Shown one piece after another: positions 39,870 through 53,800 of a DNA stretch of 64,000 bases; position 1 is the stretch's first letter; each line of letters opens with the position of its first letter. The position numbers and the translations under genes are program-made. This DNA is from Camelus dromedarius (taxonomy: Eukaryota): contig NC_087436.1 of NCBI RefSeq assembly GCF_036321535.1, positions 47,866,001-47,930,000 on the forward strand. The letters are read 5' to 3'. The notes below the pieces were generated by a model, which was given only the letters and a program-made list of their open reading frames with translations, had not been told where the DNA came from and made no database searches.

Positions 39870-40380
39870 AGGTGCGGGCCGCTAGGGCTCCTGCGGCATA
39901 GCAAGGGAGACTCCCGATGTGTTTTTTCCAGAGGGAACTTTCCGCGAGCACCTCTGTCAGACAGATAGATTGACAGCCACTCAAACAGTTACACAAACAG
40001 ACACACATAGAGACACGATCGTGCACACTTGGCACCCGCTGTGGCCAGCGCGCAGCGGCCAGGAGAGGGGGCCCTGTGGGCACTGGGAACCGCTACAACT
40101 CCCCCTTCCGCTCCTTTTGTGGGGAGCCAGCTTGCTAAACAGCACAGGCACCTCGTACAGCTCAACTGTCAACCCATGAAGGCGGCTTATTGCCCCCACA
40201 GATCCCTGGTTTCCCTGTTTTATGAGAGGAGCCTGCTGCGGCCGCTGTGCGCGATCCCGGTGTCCTCCACTGCCCCTGCCCCCAGCGTAGGCAGCAGGGT
40301 GAAGGTTGACAGCCAAGGCCAGTCCTGGATGCACAACGAGGAAAGACTTGCCCGCGGTTGGCCCCCTACTGCCCTCTCAC
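39870..40380. promoter_or_regulatory. Secondary CpG-rich block in proximal intron 1
   Basis: GC/CpG-rich (GCGCGCAGCGGCC, GCGGCCGC, GCGCGATCCCGG), separated from the main island by a MIR. Confidence 0.55.
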
Positions 40381-43300
40381 GGGGACACTTTTGCATTTCC
40401 AGATTGCTTCCTGGGCTTTGAAATGTCAAACATTTCAGCTATCCTCTCAAACGAATACAAAGCCTGCAGTTAAAGGATTTTTTTTTTTTATGCTCTCAAA
40501 GGGAAGTAAGAAACTATACATCTGCACACACACTACATACATACATGTCCTGTGCATATTCTCACGCATGTGCACATACCTCCACACTTACAAGATTACT
40601 CTCATTCCTTTTTTCTCTTCCCTGGGAAACACCCTATTTTCAATAGGAATAAACTTGACATTCTCTTAGATGAGTCAAAGATTACAAAGAAAGGATGCTC
40701 TCAGTCCTAATCATCAAACTTTTCTCTAATGCTACTAACTTCAAATTCTACCTTATCAGTTGTTGAAAAGACCTGTTTAGTTCAGCCAAGAACGGAGGGA
40801 TGGACCCAATGATCTTTGAGGTTCCTTTTAATTCTAATCCATGTACGTTCTGTGAGTTTCTGTGAAGAACTTTGTTTCCATCACCATTGGGCCATAACAC
40901 CTGATGTTCCTAAATTGAATTATCAGTTATGTCAGTACTGCCAATAGCCATAGGGTTACACAGCTAGACTTCAGGATGCGCCCCAGAAACAGGCTTGTCC
41001 TTTATGTTTTGACAGTATATCTGCATATAGATGTTCGCCTTTTTTCTCTTTTCAAATATCTGCTCCTTAAAGAGGTTACTTTGCAGTTCTACTTTGCATG
41101 TCTTCAAACTGAAGATTTATTTATTTATTTTACAAATGAGTTGAATTTCTTTTTTTTTTTTTTTGAGTTGAATTTCTTATATGCACCCCATAACTTAGTG
41201 GTTCTATGGAATTATTTCATTATATTTACTTAACTGCAATGCCAGACCCTTAAAATTTGACACTGGGTTTATGAGAAAATAGCAACTAATCAGAGACAAA
41301 GGTAACATAAAATAAAGGATTGAGTTGAATCACAGAAAGATAACTGGAAAATAAGAGCATTATCTATTGTATATTCTGGATTCTTGCTTGTTTAGCAGGT
41401 GATCTAAAATGTGTACTATTAGGAAAGAATAAACAGAAAAAAAATCTCTCTTCTTTGAAGTAGGAAGAGGAATTCTTTGAATATTTATGGGTCTCTTTAT
41501 CTTCTTTCCTTCACTCGTTATGTGGTTACTTAAATTCTTAGTACTCTTATTTTCAATAATGGAATGGAAATTAGAAAGACTATTTGAAAGGGAAGATCCC
41601 ACACCCTTTTATGGAGAAAAACTTTAGAATTAAAATGCAGTTGAGCTGTATTTTTATCGATCATAATAGGAAAAATATGATTGGTTGAGAAGATTTGTAA
41701 GTAAAATGCCAACTGATAAAACTAGCTGATTATGTGTGTCATCCTGAGGCCTAAGAAGTTTGATTCTCTCTCTCTCCCCAATCTTTGGTTGATGATACTG
41801 AACTATATGTATGTCAGAGATACAGGAACAAGAGACTATAGGATGTAACTTCAAATAGGCATATTAGAAACTCAGTCTTTGGTCTTCTTCTCCTTAAGTG
41901 AAAATTGAATAATTGTTAATTTTATTTTCTCATTTACTTTCAGAATAGAGAATTAAGATAGAATTTTTATTGCGATTGCAGAATAAATTATTAGAGAAAT
42001 TAAAATTCATTAATCTACAAAAGTGGAAATGAGGCTAAATGGGCCCCAGGGTTTTCCTAATTCACCATAGCCTGATTTCATATGAAGAAGACATCCTTAT
42101 TTATAGGAATTCTACTTGTCCTATTGGCAAGGTGGGTTATTTATAAATCACTTCTGGAAAACTCGCCTTTGAATTTCAGGAAAGATTTAGAAACCCCCAC
42201 AGAAAATGCACTGTTTTCCAGAGGTGTTAAAATTCTCATTCTTAGGTTTGCTTTCGAAGAAACAGTTATGAGTTATGACTGGAAACTGACCTAGAAAATT
42301 GAATGTCTTAGTATTCAGGTGATCGATACAGAAGTAGCAGAAATGATTTTGCTGAATTATTCACATTAATGTTTTAATTTGACTTTACATTTGCATCTGT
42401 TATTATAGGTTTTAAAAGGTAGTGTGTGTATGTATACGTGTATGCAGTAAATTAGATTGCAGGACTGTTACTAACATGTCAATATTTATAGATTTAAATT
42501 TCTAAAGAGACTTGCAAATTTTCCAAATCAAAAGTAATACCAAACAAAATGTTTAATATCATATGGATAAATATATTCTGATTAAGTGCACCATTGCTTG
42601 ACATCACCTCTGGAGTGTGAGGTATTGACTTTTACAGGCCACCTTAAAGGGGAAAAAAATCAGTTTATAAAATCAATTTACCCTTGCAATTAACAGTGAT
42701 TTTTTTGTAAATGAAAAATCATTTGGATTTCTGTTTGTAATTGCTTCTTTTAGTCTTTACTCCTTATTTTGTCTTTTTGAGACCAGCAGATTAATTTGAA
42801 TTTAATGGTGTATGATTTTGAAATGTTTTTTAAAAGCTATGAAGAGAACTGTGGAAATCATATTTTAAATGTAGATAAGCTTCCTGGCATGTGTCTCTAA
42901 AAAGAATCTGAAACTGGTTTAGTGTAAATTCAGATTCCATTATTTTCTGATATAATTTGAACACTTGAAGGACGGTGGTTTGGATGAAGTTATGCTGTGA
43001 GAGAAAAATGCTTGAAATTCATTGAAACAGAAGTTTGAGGAAGTTGGTTAGAGAATACTAATATTTGCATATTGCATTTTTTAATACAAATGCTATGTCT
43101 ATTTGCACACACGAACACTCATGAAAGTGCTCATTGAAATAAGCTATAGACCGTATTTTCCATAGGTGATCTCTTCACTTTCTGAAATTATCAGTGACTC
43201 TTTTTTTAAAACCCCTGCCCAACTTTCTCCTTCGAGAGGATAAATATTTGCTCTGTCCTCTGGACATCAACTGACGCTAAACGTAATTGGGAAAGAAAAT

Positions 43301-45194
43301 CATTTTGAAAATGAAATTTTCCAAAATGAAAAATATTAGAAACAATCTACACTAAAGTTTCTTTTCTCTCACTGTGGATAATAGAGAACTGATGGTTGAT
43401 ACAAGTGAAGGTTACCTCGTGAATAACAAGAAAACTATTTTAATGATAATCTAAGTATGGGCATCCATCATTTTATTTCTTTGCCTGAGGAGAGAGAGCA
43501 AGGGACAAGGTTACTGAAATTCACTCCGGCTGTGACTCTGGCCCTGCCCTAGTCTTTCTGTAGGACTCCCCTCCGATACAGGCTCCTTCCCGGAATGTTT
43601 CAAATCTTATGTTTAAAGTCGAGAAAGCAACGTAACAGAAGGGTAACTGATGTATTCTGTTCTAGGAGAATATTGTCGCCTCCTTTCCCCTGCACAATCA
43701 TTTTAAATGGACACTAAAATAATCTGTTAAATTACAGAGGCCTTTTATAATACTCAATATATTTACTGTTTTAGACTCAATCACTCTGGCTGTTCATTCT
43801 TCGGTACTGATGTAACATCAAAGTGAACTACAAGCTCATTTCTGTCTCTGACTCCCTGACGGCCTTTTGAAGTCATTTTACTTCATTATACTCTAGTCCC
43901 TTGTATTCATCTATAGAAAGGAGAGAAAGCTGCTCCTAGTTAATTAAATATTTATTTTCCTCTTCTCAGATCATTTTTAAAATAAGATCTGAAACAAAAC
44001 CCCCCAAAACAAAATTAATAATAATAAATAGATTTTTGTGTTGGTAGGACTGCTTTAAGATTACATGGAAGGATTAAATATGGAATGTGTAACAGAAATT
44101 TAGTATTGCTGTTTAAGGGAAACAGAAGTTAAGTTCTCTTCCTCTGGCCACGCTTGCCAGAAACTAGAAAATGACAGTAATTTTTCTCTAATTGTTATTT
44201 TCTTTAGGGCAAATATAAATCATTCTCCCCAACATAGAAGTCAACTGATATAAAATATGGGAGGGTTCTTTTTTTTTTTTTTTTTTTTGATAGGAACATC
44301 TGTCCACAGGAAGAAAAGTCACCATGTCACCATCCAAATATTTTGAGTAGTGGCTTCCCAATGAGTCTCTCAAGATAACAACTTTGGTTTAGTGCCCACT
44401 TCTTTTGGTTCAAACCAAGGAAGGAAGGCCATGAATAACACCAATATCTACTCAGAGTCCTTAGGGAGAGTTCATGCCATAGATCCTTGTCTTAGTAATG
44501 GTAAATTAAATCAGAAACCTTGAAGGCAGAGGGGATTTCAATACCAGATCTAAATTGCTGTATTTTAACTCAATTAGTTTATGTAGCACTAAATACAGAA
44601 GTATTTTTCTAACATTTATCCACAACCACTGAGCCTGTATAATAGATTATATTTGTGGGATCTTGATACTAGTTTAGCTTTATCTATGTGCCCCAAATAA
44701 TAAATGTAGAAATAAAATCAGCAAAACACAAAAGTAGTAAATGTTTTTTAAAAAGTTACTTCTCTCTTTTCCCTACTCAGATAAAAAAGACAAATGTGCA
44801 TCAGATATCATTTTAAATATATTACAGTGTCTAATTTAATTAACTGACTCTACTTATATCATTTAGTACACACAATAGCTTAAATTTCAATATTTCATTA
44901 TCACACGACATTTTAACTGTCCTACCCTGTCTGAAGCAAACAAATAAATAGAACCAATGAATGAGTAAGGGCATTACGTGGCAACACAGAGCTTCACAAT
45001 TAGGAGGAGAAACTTTCTAAAGGTATGGATTTATCCAAACATTTCCTTAAAAATGTTAGCTCTCCAGATTATGCTTTATAGTGTGGAATAAGAATGCTCT
45101 TTCTTCTGGGGACTGGAAGAAAAGAGTGATCTTTCGGATTATTTTATTTCCTTAAACTGGCTTGTAAGTAGTTATAGCACACGTTAAATTATAG

Positions 45195-45465
45195 TAAGAG
45201 GTTCCATTTATTGATTATTTGTTCTGTGCCAGGCACTACTCCAAATGCTTCGTTCAAGTTAATTTTTTTGATTCTCTTGGCAGCCCTTTGAAGGAAGTTC
45301 TAATATCATCCTTGTTTTTATAAATGATAAAACAATAATTCTCCTGAGACGTGAAGAGGTTATGCAATTTGTACAAGCCACACAGCAGTAAGTAGAGAAA
45401 GTCAAAATATGAACTGAAGCCATCTGGTGTCAAAACCTGCATATTTAACTATCAGGCCGTGCTGC
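45195..45465 (-). mobile_element. MIR
   Basis: CATTTATTGA...TGTGCCAGGCACT...CACACAGCAGTAAGTAGAGA. Confidence 0.75.
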
Positions 45466-46184
45466 TACAATACGCTACAATATACAATGTGGATACAATA
45501 TCCATACAATATGGATTTAAAAGGAAATATTGACCTTCATTTTACTCTTCCTGCTTATATTTTCTAATGGCATGGGTATAACTCTAGATACATTAAACAC
45601 CATACCAGAACCCAAACCCTCTGTTGATGCCAACTGCTACTCTGAGCAGCCAAAGTATGTTAGCACTTCATGGATACAAAGGCAGTCACATAATGACAGA
45701 ACATTATTTTCATTTCTGCCTTTACTTGCCTCCCTGCCAGGGATAGATCACTATCAGCAAGGAAACTACACACACACACTCACACACCCTCTCTTTCTCC
45801 TACTTTTTCCCATTAAATTATGGTGTTGCCTCAAGTAGAAGGGAACGCTGTTGGATACATCCTATTTTCTCTTCTTTTCTCTTTGTAACTGCCATACAGT
45901 CCCCGGTACTCATCTTTCTGCACCTAAGTGACACCATGTGCCCACTGACATCAGCAAAGCAGAGGCCTTCTCAATGGCCTGTCCTCAATCGCTTAAATTT
46001 GGTTTGGCTGGCATCCTTCACACTCTGATCAGATAGGAGGGAATTGTCCAGGTTTAGAGCCTGCTGTTGCTTCTGTTTTTCCTTTACTTTTGACCCCCCC
46101 CCCCACCTACCATTCAGAGAATCAGATGCTCTGTAACAACCCTGCAGCACTACAGTTTCCTAACAGAGTTCCTAAGGGAATTTT

Positions 46185-46310
46185 TCTAAATTCTGGCTCA
46201 CCACTGACTAGCTTAATGTCTTTGGAAAAGCCACTTATTCTCTGGTCCCTTTTTTTTTAAATCTGTAAAACAGGATAACAATAATAATAGCAACCTATTA
46301 TGGTTAATAA
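46185..46310 (+). mobile_element. MIR core fragment
   Basis: CTGGCTCACCACTGACTAGC...ATCTGTAAAACAGGATAACAATAATA. Confidence 0.65.
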
Positions 46311-49300
46311 TATTCATCTTACTGAGCAACCGGAAAAGGAAAGTGCATTTAGTTACTGTGCTGATGTCATTATTCCTACCACCATTACAGAAATAAGTAA
46401 GGTCAAGTGCTCCTGCACAAAATGGAAAGTGGCTGCTAACTTTTTCCCACCAAGAGGAATTGGAGTAGCTAAACCAATGTGTGTGATGGACACGAAGGAA
46501 ACAAATAAACTCAATTACACCAAGGCCAAGAATTGTAAAATAGAACAAAACAAGACAAAATAAACACATACCCACATATGTAATCACGTTTCTTGTATTG
46601 AGTGCTAACATTAAAAGGGATCGTAAGTCTGGTTATGCTGTAAAAAAGTAAGCAAAATAGCACGTAATTGAGTAATTGGTGAAATTACACAGAAGTCAGA
46701 TTATAGCAGACATTAAGAACACGATCACGATGAGTGGAGGTCCTCACACCATGGCAATATTAGTTATTTAAGCACAGGAACCAAAATAATTGAACAACAT
46801 GTTAGAGTCTGCTGCCAACAGCATTAATTTGATATTCTCCAAAGTAAGACAGCCTGTGCAAAGGCAAGCTTCCTGACACTTTCCGCACGGGGCCTGGAGC
46901 CCAAAGAGCTTGCTGAGAATTTGGAAGGTTTACAACCCTCTTTGAGTGTCAGCCTGTCCTGCTAAGAGGACTCTGAAATTTGGGTCTCATTATTCCCATT
47001 CCATTACCTTTACTTTTTTGTTTTATGTGAGTTATTTTTTTCGTGATTCAAGTAATTTGGAAGTATTTTAATAATGTTAATTGAGAGTGAATGTCATCTC
47101 ATTGGGGTTTGCAATAAATTCCTCTGAACATATTGGAAACAAACTGTTTGCCAGTAAGAGTTTCTATCCAGTAATGAACTAAAAACCTTTATCCAAGTGG
47201 GGGGGACAGTGGGGGAATTGTCATTTAAAACCAACTAAAATGACAGCTAACATTCAAATAATAGTGTTCACTTGCTCATTCTGGCTTCAGTTCATCTTAA
47301 CCCTTTGAAATTTGGCTCAACAAGCATTGTGTTAATTTGTCGCTTGAAACCTCCAAGTCTTTTTTCTGGTAACCATCCTCTGTGCTCCGTGGCCTGTTGC
47401 CTATACTTCGTACCTGTATAGCCCTTGCTTCTGTTAATATTGCATGTTTTCCTTTCCTCCCTGGCTCATTCCTCTTTACTTCTTGCACTGATTCCTCCAC
47501 AACCTTCTGCCCACGAATGTGGGCGTGTCCTCACACAGTCTCTCCCCAGTCCTCTCTCCTCTCTTTTCCACGTTCTCTTCTTGGCTGGTATTCTTTTGTC
47601 ACATTCGTGGGTATCCACCTTGAGCTTGGTTAAACTTCTGAGCCCCTTTGCCTGCTCAGATGTTCTGGAAGTCCTTCTAGAAACAAACAAAACAAAAAAA
47701 TCTTCATATCAAAAATGAATCCTTTTATGGTTAACTTCAAATTGTCAGGAGTCAGGCAACCAAGTCTTTATGATTTCTCATGGCTCTCAGGAAAGCCTGG
47801 TAAAAAGTGCCCCAGGTTAGATGAATGCATACCCCGAGAATTACGTCTTATCACCCCAAACTCTTTGCTCTGCCCTGACTCATCACTCACTGGTGATGAA
47901 AGAAAGCTGTGTAGATTCCTATCAAGATAGGTGCTTTTGTTTCTTGAACGCTATTTATTTGAATGCTTGGGATTTAAATGGCCTCCAATTTGTTTCTCTA
48001 TGATGCACTTATTGTTATAGCAATGAATATGCAAGTTTCTATTATTCATGTTCATGAAATGTTACATATTACATGCACATATATATTTTAATCAATATAT
48101 AATGCTTGTTTTTATAACTTGAACTATGTCTTAAAGAGTAATTTTTTTTGCTACTTGCTATTTTATAAATAATTATTTGTTAATTTTTAGTGTGAAAAAC
48201 CTCCTTAACATTTACTTTCAACCTGGTAGACCCTTAATAGTGCTTAAATATTTAGTAACCAAATAAGAGGATTCCTTAAATGTGCTTAATCATTGTTAAT
48301 CACGATGGAGAGCTTTATAAAAAGAGCCCAGAGAACCTTTTATCATCTACAAGTTTCAAGAACTTGTACAGCAGGCTAAAGGGGGTATAGTTAGAACTGA
48401 GAGATGCATTAGAAATCACTTAATTTAACTCCCTCATTTTACATATGAGGGAAGCAAATTAGGAGATGTGTCATGTTCTGCCCAGTGTACTACAAATGGT
48501 GCCTGTGACAAAGGAGCTTCTGTGGGAACTTGGACCATCTGACTTCTAACACAAGCCTTCAAATAATAACAAAGCTCTGTAGAGGAATTTGATTCCATTG
48601 GTTAAAAAGCTGGTGGGGGAGAACTTATACATAGAGCTCTTTTTCAGCTTTAAATTTGAGTATGTCAAAGTGTATTAGCAAAGAATGCTATGTCACGATG
48701 ACAGCTGTGTCAGTAGGACTTAAAGAAAATGAATGAAAGAATGTGGCTTTCACTGTATTGGCCTTGCTTGCTTTTTCAGTTATGACACTTTAATGACATT
48801 ATTAGCAAGAAGCCTGGCTGGAGAGAGTCTGTACCGAAGAAATATATTTTACATTGAGATCAAGTACACACATACACATCCCTGGAAAAAAAAAGTTTCA
48901 ACAATAAATACTCTAATGATGTAGTGAAATTTTTTTCTTTTTAGTCATTCCCCTTCTGTTCTGCTCTGCACTGCTCTCTTGTTCTGTTCCATTCTCTCTC
49001 ACTTTGTTAAATACTGCTCATCACTCATAGAATTGATTGATCAAACCTGTGGTTTGAAAAACCACTGACCCCTGTGGTTTGAAATAAGTCCCCTGCCGGG
49101 AACTCAGGGCGCACGATACTTGGAGATCAGCAGTACTTGAGGAATCAGCCCCTGTGAGGGGAGGTAGAAGGCAGAGGCAGGCAGGTTTTCATGGAGAGAA
49201 GCACAGTCATCTCAGAACTCGCCCAGTCTCCCAGCTGCAACTGCATGTCAGCCTCGGGCCTAGGCCTGGTGGACCTCTTCACCTGGGATGTGTCTGACCT

Positions 49301-49504
49301 CCGCCTCTCCACTTCCCGGAGTAAGTGACTAATAACAGTGCTGCCTTTGGTACTTGGATGTTTCAGGCTTATTCATCAGAATCTGTTATCCCGCATTAGC
49401 GTTCTTCCTTCTGGGTGTACGCCGTGTGTGTATCATCATACTTTACTTCTAAGAATATGCAGTTGAGGATGGTTACAGTTTCAACACAGGACAGTAAGTG
49501 AACT

Positions 49505-49680
49505 TGACATAGCATATGATACAGACTCAGAAGACCTGGTTAGCCTGTTTTCAATATGTGAGACCTTGAAGAAATCATCTAACACTGTTAAGGCTTAGTT
49601 TTCTCATCAGTAAAGTGGTAGGTGTAACAATAGTGTCTCTTCCTATCTCTTTGTAAAGTATAAAATATTGCTTACTTACA
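49505..49680 (+). mobile_element. MIR fragment
   Basis: TCAGAAGACCTGG...TGTGAGACCTTGAAGAAATC...AGTTTTCTCATCAGTAAAGTGG. Confidence 0.65.
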
Positions 49681-50469
49681 TCACTAGAGGCTGTTTCATG
49701 AAAAACAAAATTAAGACCTTTCCACTCTGAATTTATGAAAGACAAATCTGAATTAGACAGAATCGAGCAAAGAATGAGTTAACCTAGTCGGATTTTATGA
49801 TTCTGGAATCATAAGTCAGTTTCTGTTTTGATAGGCTGCCTTTTTTTTTTATATAGGAAGAAGGGTTGAATGCGGAATGTGGTTTTTTCGTTTTGTTTCC
49901 TTTCTTTACCTATTTGTCTTGATTTTCTTGGATTTCTTCAAAAATTTCAGTATCAGTAGTAATACTTTCACATTTCTGATTAAAACTTAGTGGTATTATT
50001 ATTATTGTTGTTATTATCATCATCATCATTACAGGCTACAGACAGTCTGTTATTAGAATATCCTGCCTGTGACATTCAAGACCCCTATGCATTTTTATTC
50101 TATTATTTAGAAGATATGTTACTGTTTGTGTATTTTAAAAAACATCTTGGAAAAGCATAATAAGAATCCAATAATAGAAATAAGTTTATTTTTAATGCTC
50201 TGAAATGACATTTGAGTGTCATATTTTGGGCACATTGCAGGTTCCAAGGTTCACAATGGATAAAGTTCAGGGAAATAGCCAATTGTCAAGTCCAGTTGTA
50301 TGTGTGTGAAACCACATGGACTGTGACAGATGAAGAACATTTGCCACAGACTCTTCAAATAGGAAAGTGGGTATTTTTCAAAGCTTTTGAAAACATATTA
50401 TTGTATTGCTAAGTAGGCATTTCCTAGTGAACAATGTAGTAGCTCTAATCATTCATGTTACATGTGCAG

Positions 50470-50830
50470 AAATCTCACCCAACCGTTTGTCCAAGCTAGA
50501 AACCAGCCAGGCTTCCTGCTTGCTACCCCTGCTCCTAAGTAATTATTCTCCAATTTTTAGGATTCTACTTCTTTAATATTCATCTTTCTTGTTGTGCTAT
50601 TGTCACCTCAATTTATCATTGCCTTGATTCAGACCACTATCATTTCTCAACAGAACATATTGTGATAGTTTTGTGCTTCCCCAAACCATCCTTTACACTC
50701 CTTCTAAAGTGAGCTTTCTAAAGTAAAAATCTGATCAGCCTCTTCTAGAAATGTCTGTTTCTAGAGCATGAAGTCTAAACTTATCAGCTTGGCATACAAT
50801 GTCATCAATTATCTTGTTTCTCTTGCTTTG
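50470..50830 (+). mobile_element. L2 fragment
   Basis: CCAAGCTAGAAACC...ACCACTATCATTTCTC...CTTTCTAAAGTAAAAATCTGATCA. Confidence 0.55.
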
Positions 50831-53800
50831 TCTCTGGGACCACACAGCCGATGAGTGGCAGAGCTGGGATTTAAAGCCAAGCAGTCTTACTTGAGCCTGT
50901 CTATTTAATCATGCCATGCTGCCACCTCCTATAAACTGGAGGCCAGAGAATCCAGCTACATACTTTTTTATTGGCATGTTTCAGAATTCAGATGTGATTA
51001 AATTCTTCCAGTAAGCCAGGCAACTTGCTAATTGCTTACTTACTTCTTAGGTGTGTTCGGTGCTATGATCAGAGTCAACAAACATTTATTAGACACATAT
51101 GTTCCACTCAGTCCTTGGCATAAGTAGCTGTAAAAACAAGTGTAGTGTACGTGAGGAATCCAGTTGGAATTTTAAGGTTGAAGGAGTCTCCCATACATTG
51201 TCCAGTTCAGGCCTCTACTTTTCTACTTTTCAATACAGTATGAGAGCTGAACAACTTGGGAAGTTTTCCTTTTTATAAAGATTTAAGGATGAGCAGTAAC
51301 TCTTAGTTGTTTAGTTATCGTAACTCTAATTATGTTAAGAATGGGAACATCTGCTTTCTGCTGTAAGTGAAGCATGAATAAAACAAAGCTGGGTATCAAT
51401 CCGTGTAAAAACCCTTTCTCATTAACAGAAAATGTAATCAAGTTACTTTAGTCATTTTTCACACATTATTCTCTGGTTCCCTAGATGGACAGCTAGGCTG
51501 CCCTGGAAGATTATATTCATAAACAGGCAAGGAAAAGTCTGACATGCTGGACATGATGATACTGTAAAGAGGCAGTGTCTACCTTTTCTTTTCCAAATAT
51601 TTTGGAAGGAATTAAATTTGGGGTTTGGGTTTTTTTTCCCCCCTTTGTAAATGTCTTACTGTCCCTTGTGGAAGTCTGATCCTAATTTTATCATTTGCAA
51701 AGCACTAAGGAAACATACGTGGGAAGAGGCAGACTTACAAGGAATTAGAAGCATGGTAAGAAATACCAAAGTTGCACTAGCAGGAGGGTAGGAGTCTGGG
51801 GACTCAGAGCAGATTGGTGGCGGGTTGTGTTAAGTGGACAAGATCTAACTGCAGGTGGGGCGGAGGAACAAAATGTGTGCTGAAATATATCAAAGAAAGA
51901 AATGTGGCAAAGGTGCAAGAGTAAAATGAAGTCATAGATTTTTTTAAACAAACACACTCAAACATTGTTTTTCCAAATTAGTCACTGCAGAAAACTCATG
52001 CCTTTGATACTGTTCTTTAGTCCTTCCTTTGGAAACTAACTTCAAAAGCAGTTTACATGCTTATTTATTTTAGGCCATAACTTTATGACCATAAACAATA
52101 TAATCATATTGATGAACACACCACATTCAAAATACTTGGTTCTGAGTGGTTTTGTATTGTTTCCTTAAACCCAATACGACACAGAAGGTGAGGATGTCAT
52201 TCAAAGAACCATGATGTACTTTCTGAAAACCTTCCAAAAAGTTCCAGAAGACATTCTGAATCATAGAATCAGTATTGTGGTTATAACTGTAAATACTTCA
52301 GTGTTGGTTGCTTTAAGGTGGGATACCCTCAGTTTGGTCGATAGCCTTAAAAATAAAATCTATAACATAGCTCATAATCATGTCCTCTTTTTTAGGAGAA
52401 CCTGGTTAGAATTTATGTAATATGGTTGCCATTTCTTGGAGACTCATAATGTTCAGGAAGCAGTTAATGAGTGCAAACCAGTAGTATGTTCCCCACCCCA
52501 ACCCACTCTTTCCTGAAAGAAGAGGCAGGAACAAATCATACCCAGTGCAATTCCCTAGAGTCCAGTCTGGTGAGACACGTTATTTCATGTGCCACTTGTT
52601 AGTAAAAATGCGTGCACTGAGGCCAGAAAAAAAAAATCTGGCAAAAGTTATTTTTTTTTAATGCAAACGTATCCTATTAAAATTTCAGAGAAAAGGCTAA
52701 ACAGCTTAACTCAGTAAAAAATGTTTTTGCAATTGTTCAAAATTAGTACAGTGCTTCCAAATGCTCTGAAAATCCTTGTAAATTTCCTTACTTGCCTATT
52801 TGCCCTACTGCTATCTTCCCAACACTCTTCAGAAGGAAATGGCTTTTTAACAAGAAAAATCTTCTTGAAATTACATTTCCAATGGTGTCCTGGCCACACC
52901 AGCTGCACCGCATTGTAACTAAATTTTAGTCTCTGTTGGTTCTCATTGTTAAAAGCACAAGTGACCAACATGCAGGTCTTGTACCACAGCCACCCCAGAG
53001 ATTGATTACAAATTGGACTGGAGTGTGTGCTGTGAATTTTCTTGTTAGAAAATACAAGCTTTCAACACAAAAGAACAACAATATTTGATGGCTTGTCACT
53101 TGAAAAATTAAGTAAGACCAAAAAAAAATCTAATTCTGGTTCTTAGTAGACATCAGTAAAAAAAAATAAAATGTAGCCTAACCTCACCAGTAACTCTGGT
53201 TTTTAAGAGTCCACCTCTGAGGAAGTCAGAGTCTGACAGAGAGAGTGCTGTGTTGGTAGGACCGAGATGTTCTTAATTTTCAAGGACTATTTAAAATATC
53301 TTAGGGAATCAAGGCAGAATGGCCAGAGCATTGGACAAATTATTGATTTCAAATTGATGCTAGCAGATTTAAGAATTGCACTTTCACCAAAGAGCCAACA
53401 GCAATCATCATAACGAGATTAATATTAGGATTTGGAGGAGTGATATTCTGCAGCTAAGATGCATGGAAAGGAAAGCAAGAACATAAGTGACAGCTGCTTG
53501 TGACATAAGCACAAAATTAAGCAGGATAAACAGGCCAACCTCCAAATTATAATCATTGCCTATCCATGGATACTGCAGTCTGATATTAAATGTGGTATGA
53601 CTATACCCCTCCAGCACATTCCTACCAATATCCTATGGCTGGCATTACTGTGGATGTCACAGTGGTTGGATAGCTGAGCAATATATGGACCCTTGCTTCT
53701 AGAAGATGGAGCAATTAATATAGCCAAGAAATTTATTTCACTTGAGCTTCTCAGTGCCCTATAGCTTCTGTTTTGTGCAGAGCACTCAGTAAATATTTGA

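Noticed and set aside
36996..40429. Many overlapping 60-162 aa ORFs on both strands
   Set aside because: Expected from stop-codon scarcity in GC-rich DNA; R/G/P/A-rich with no recognisable domain.
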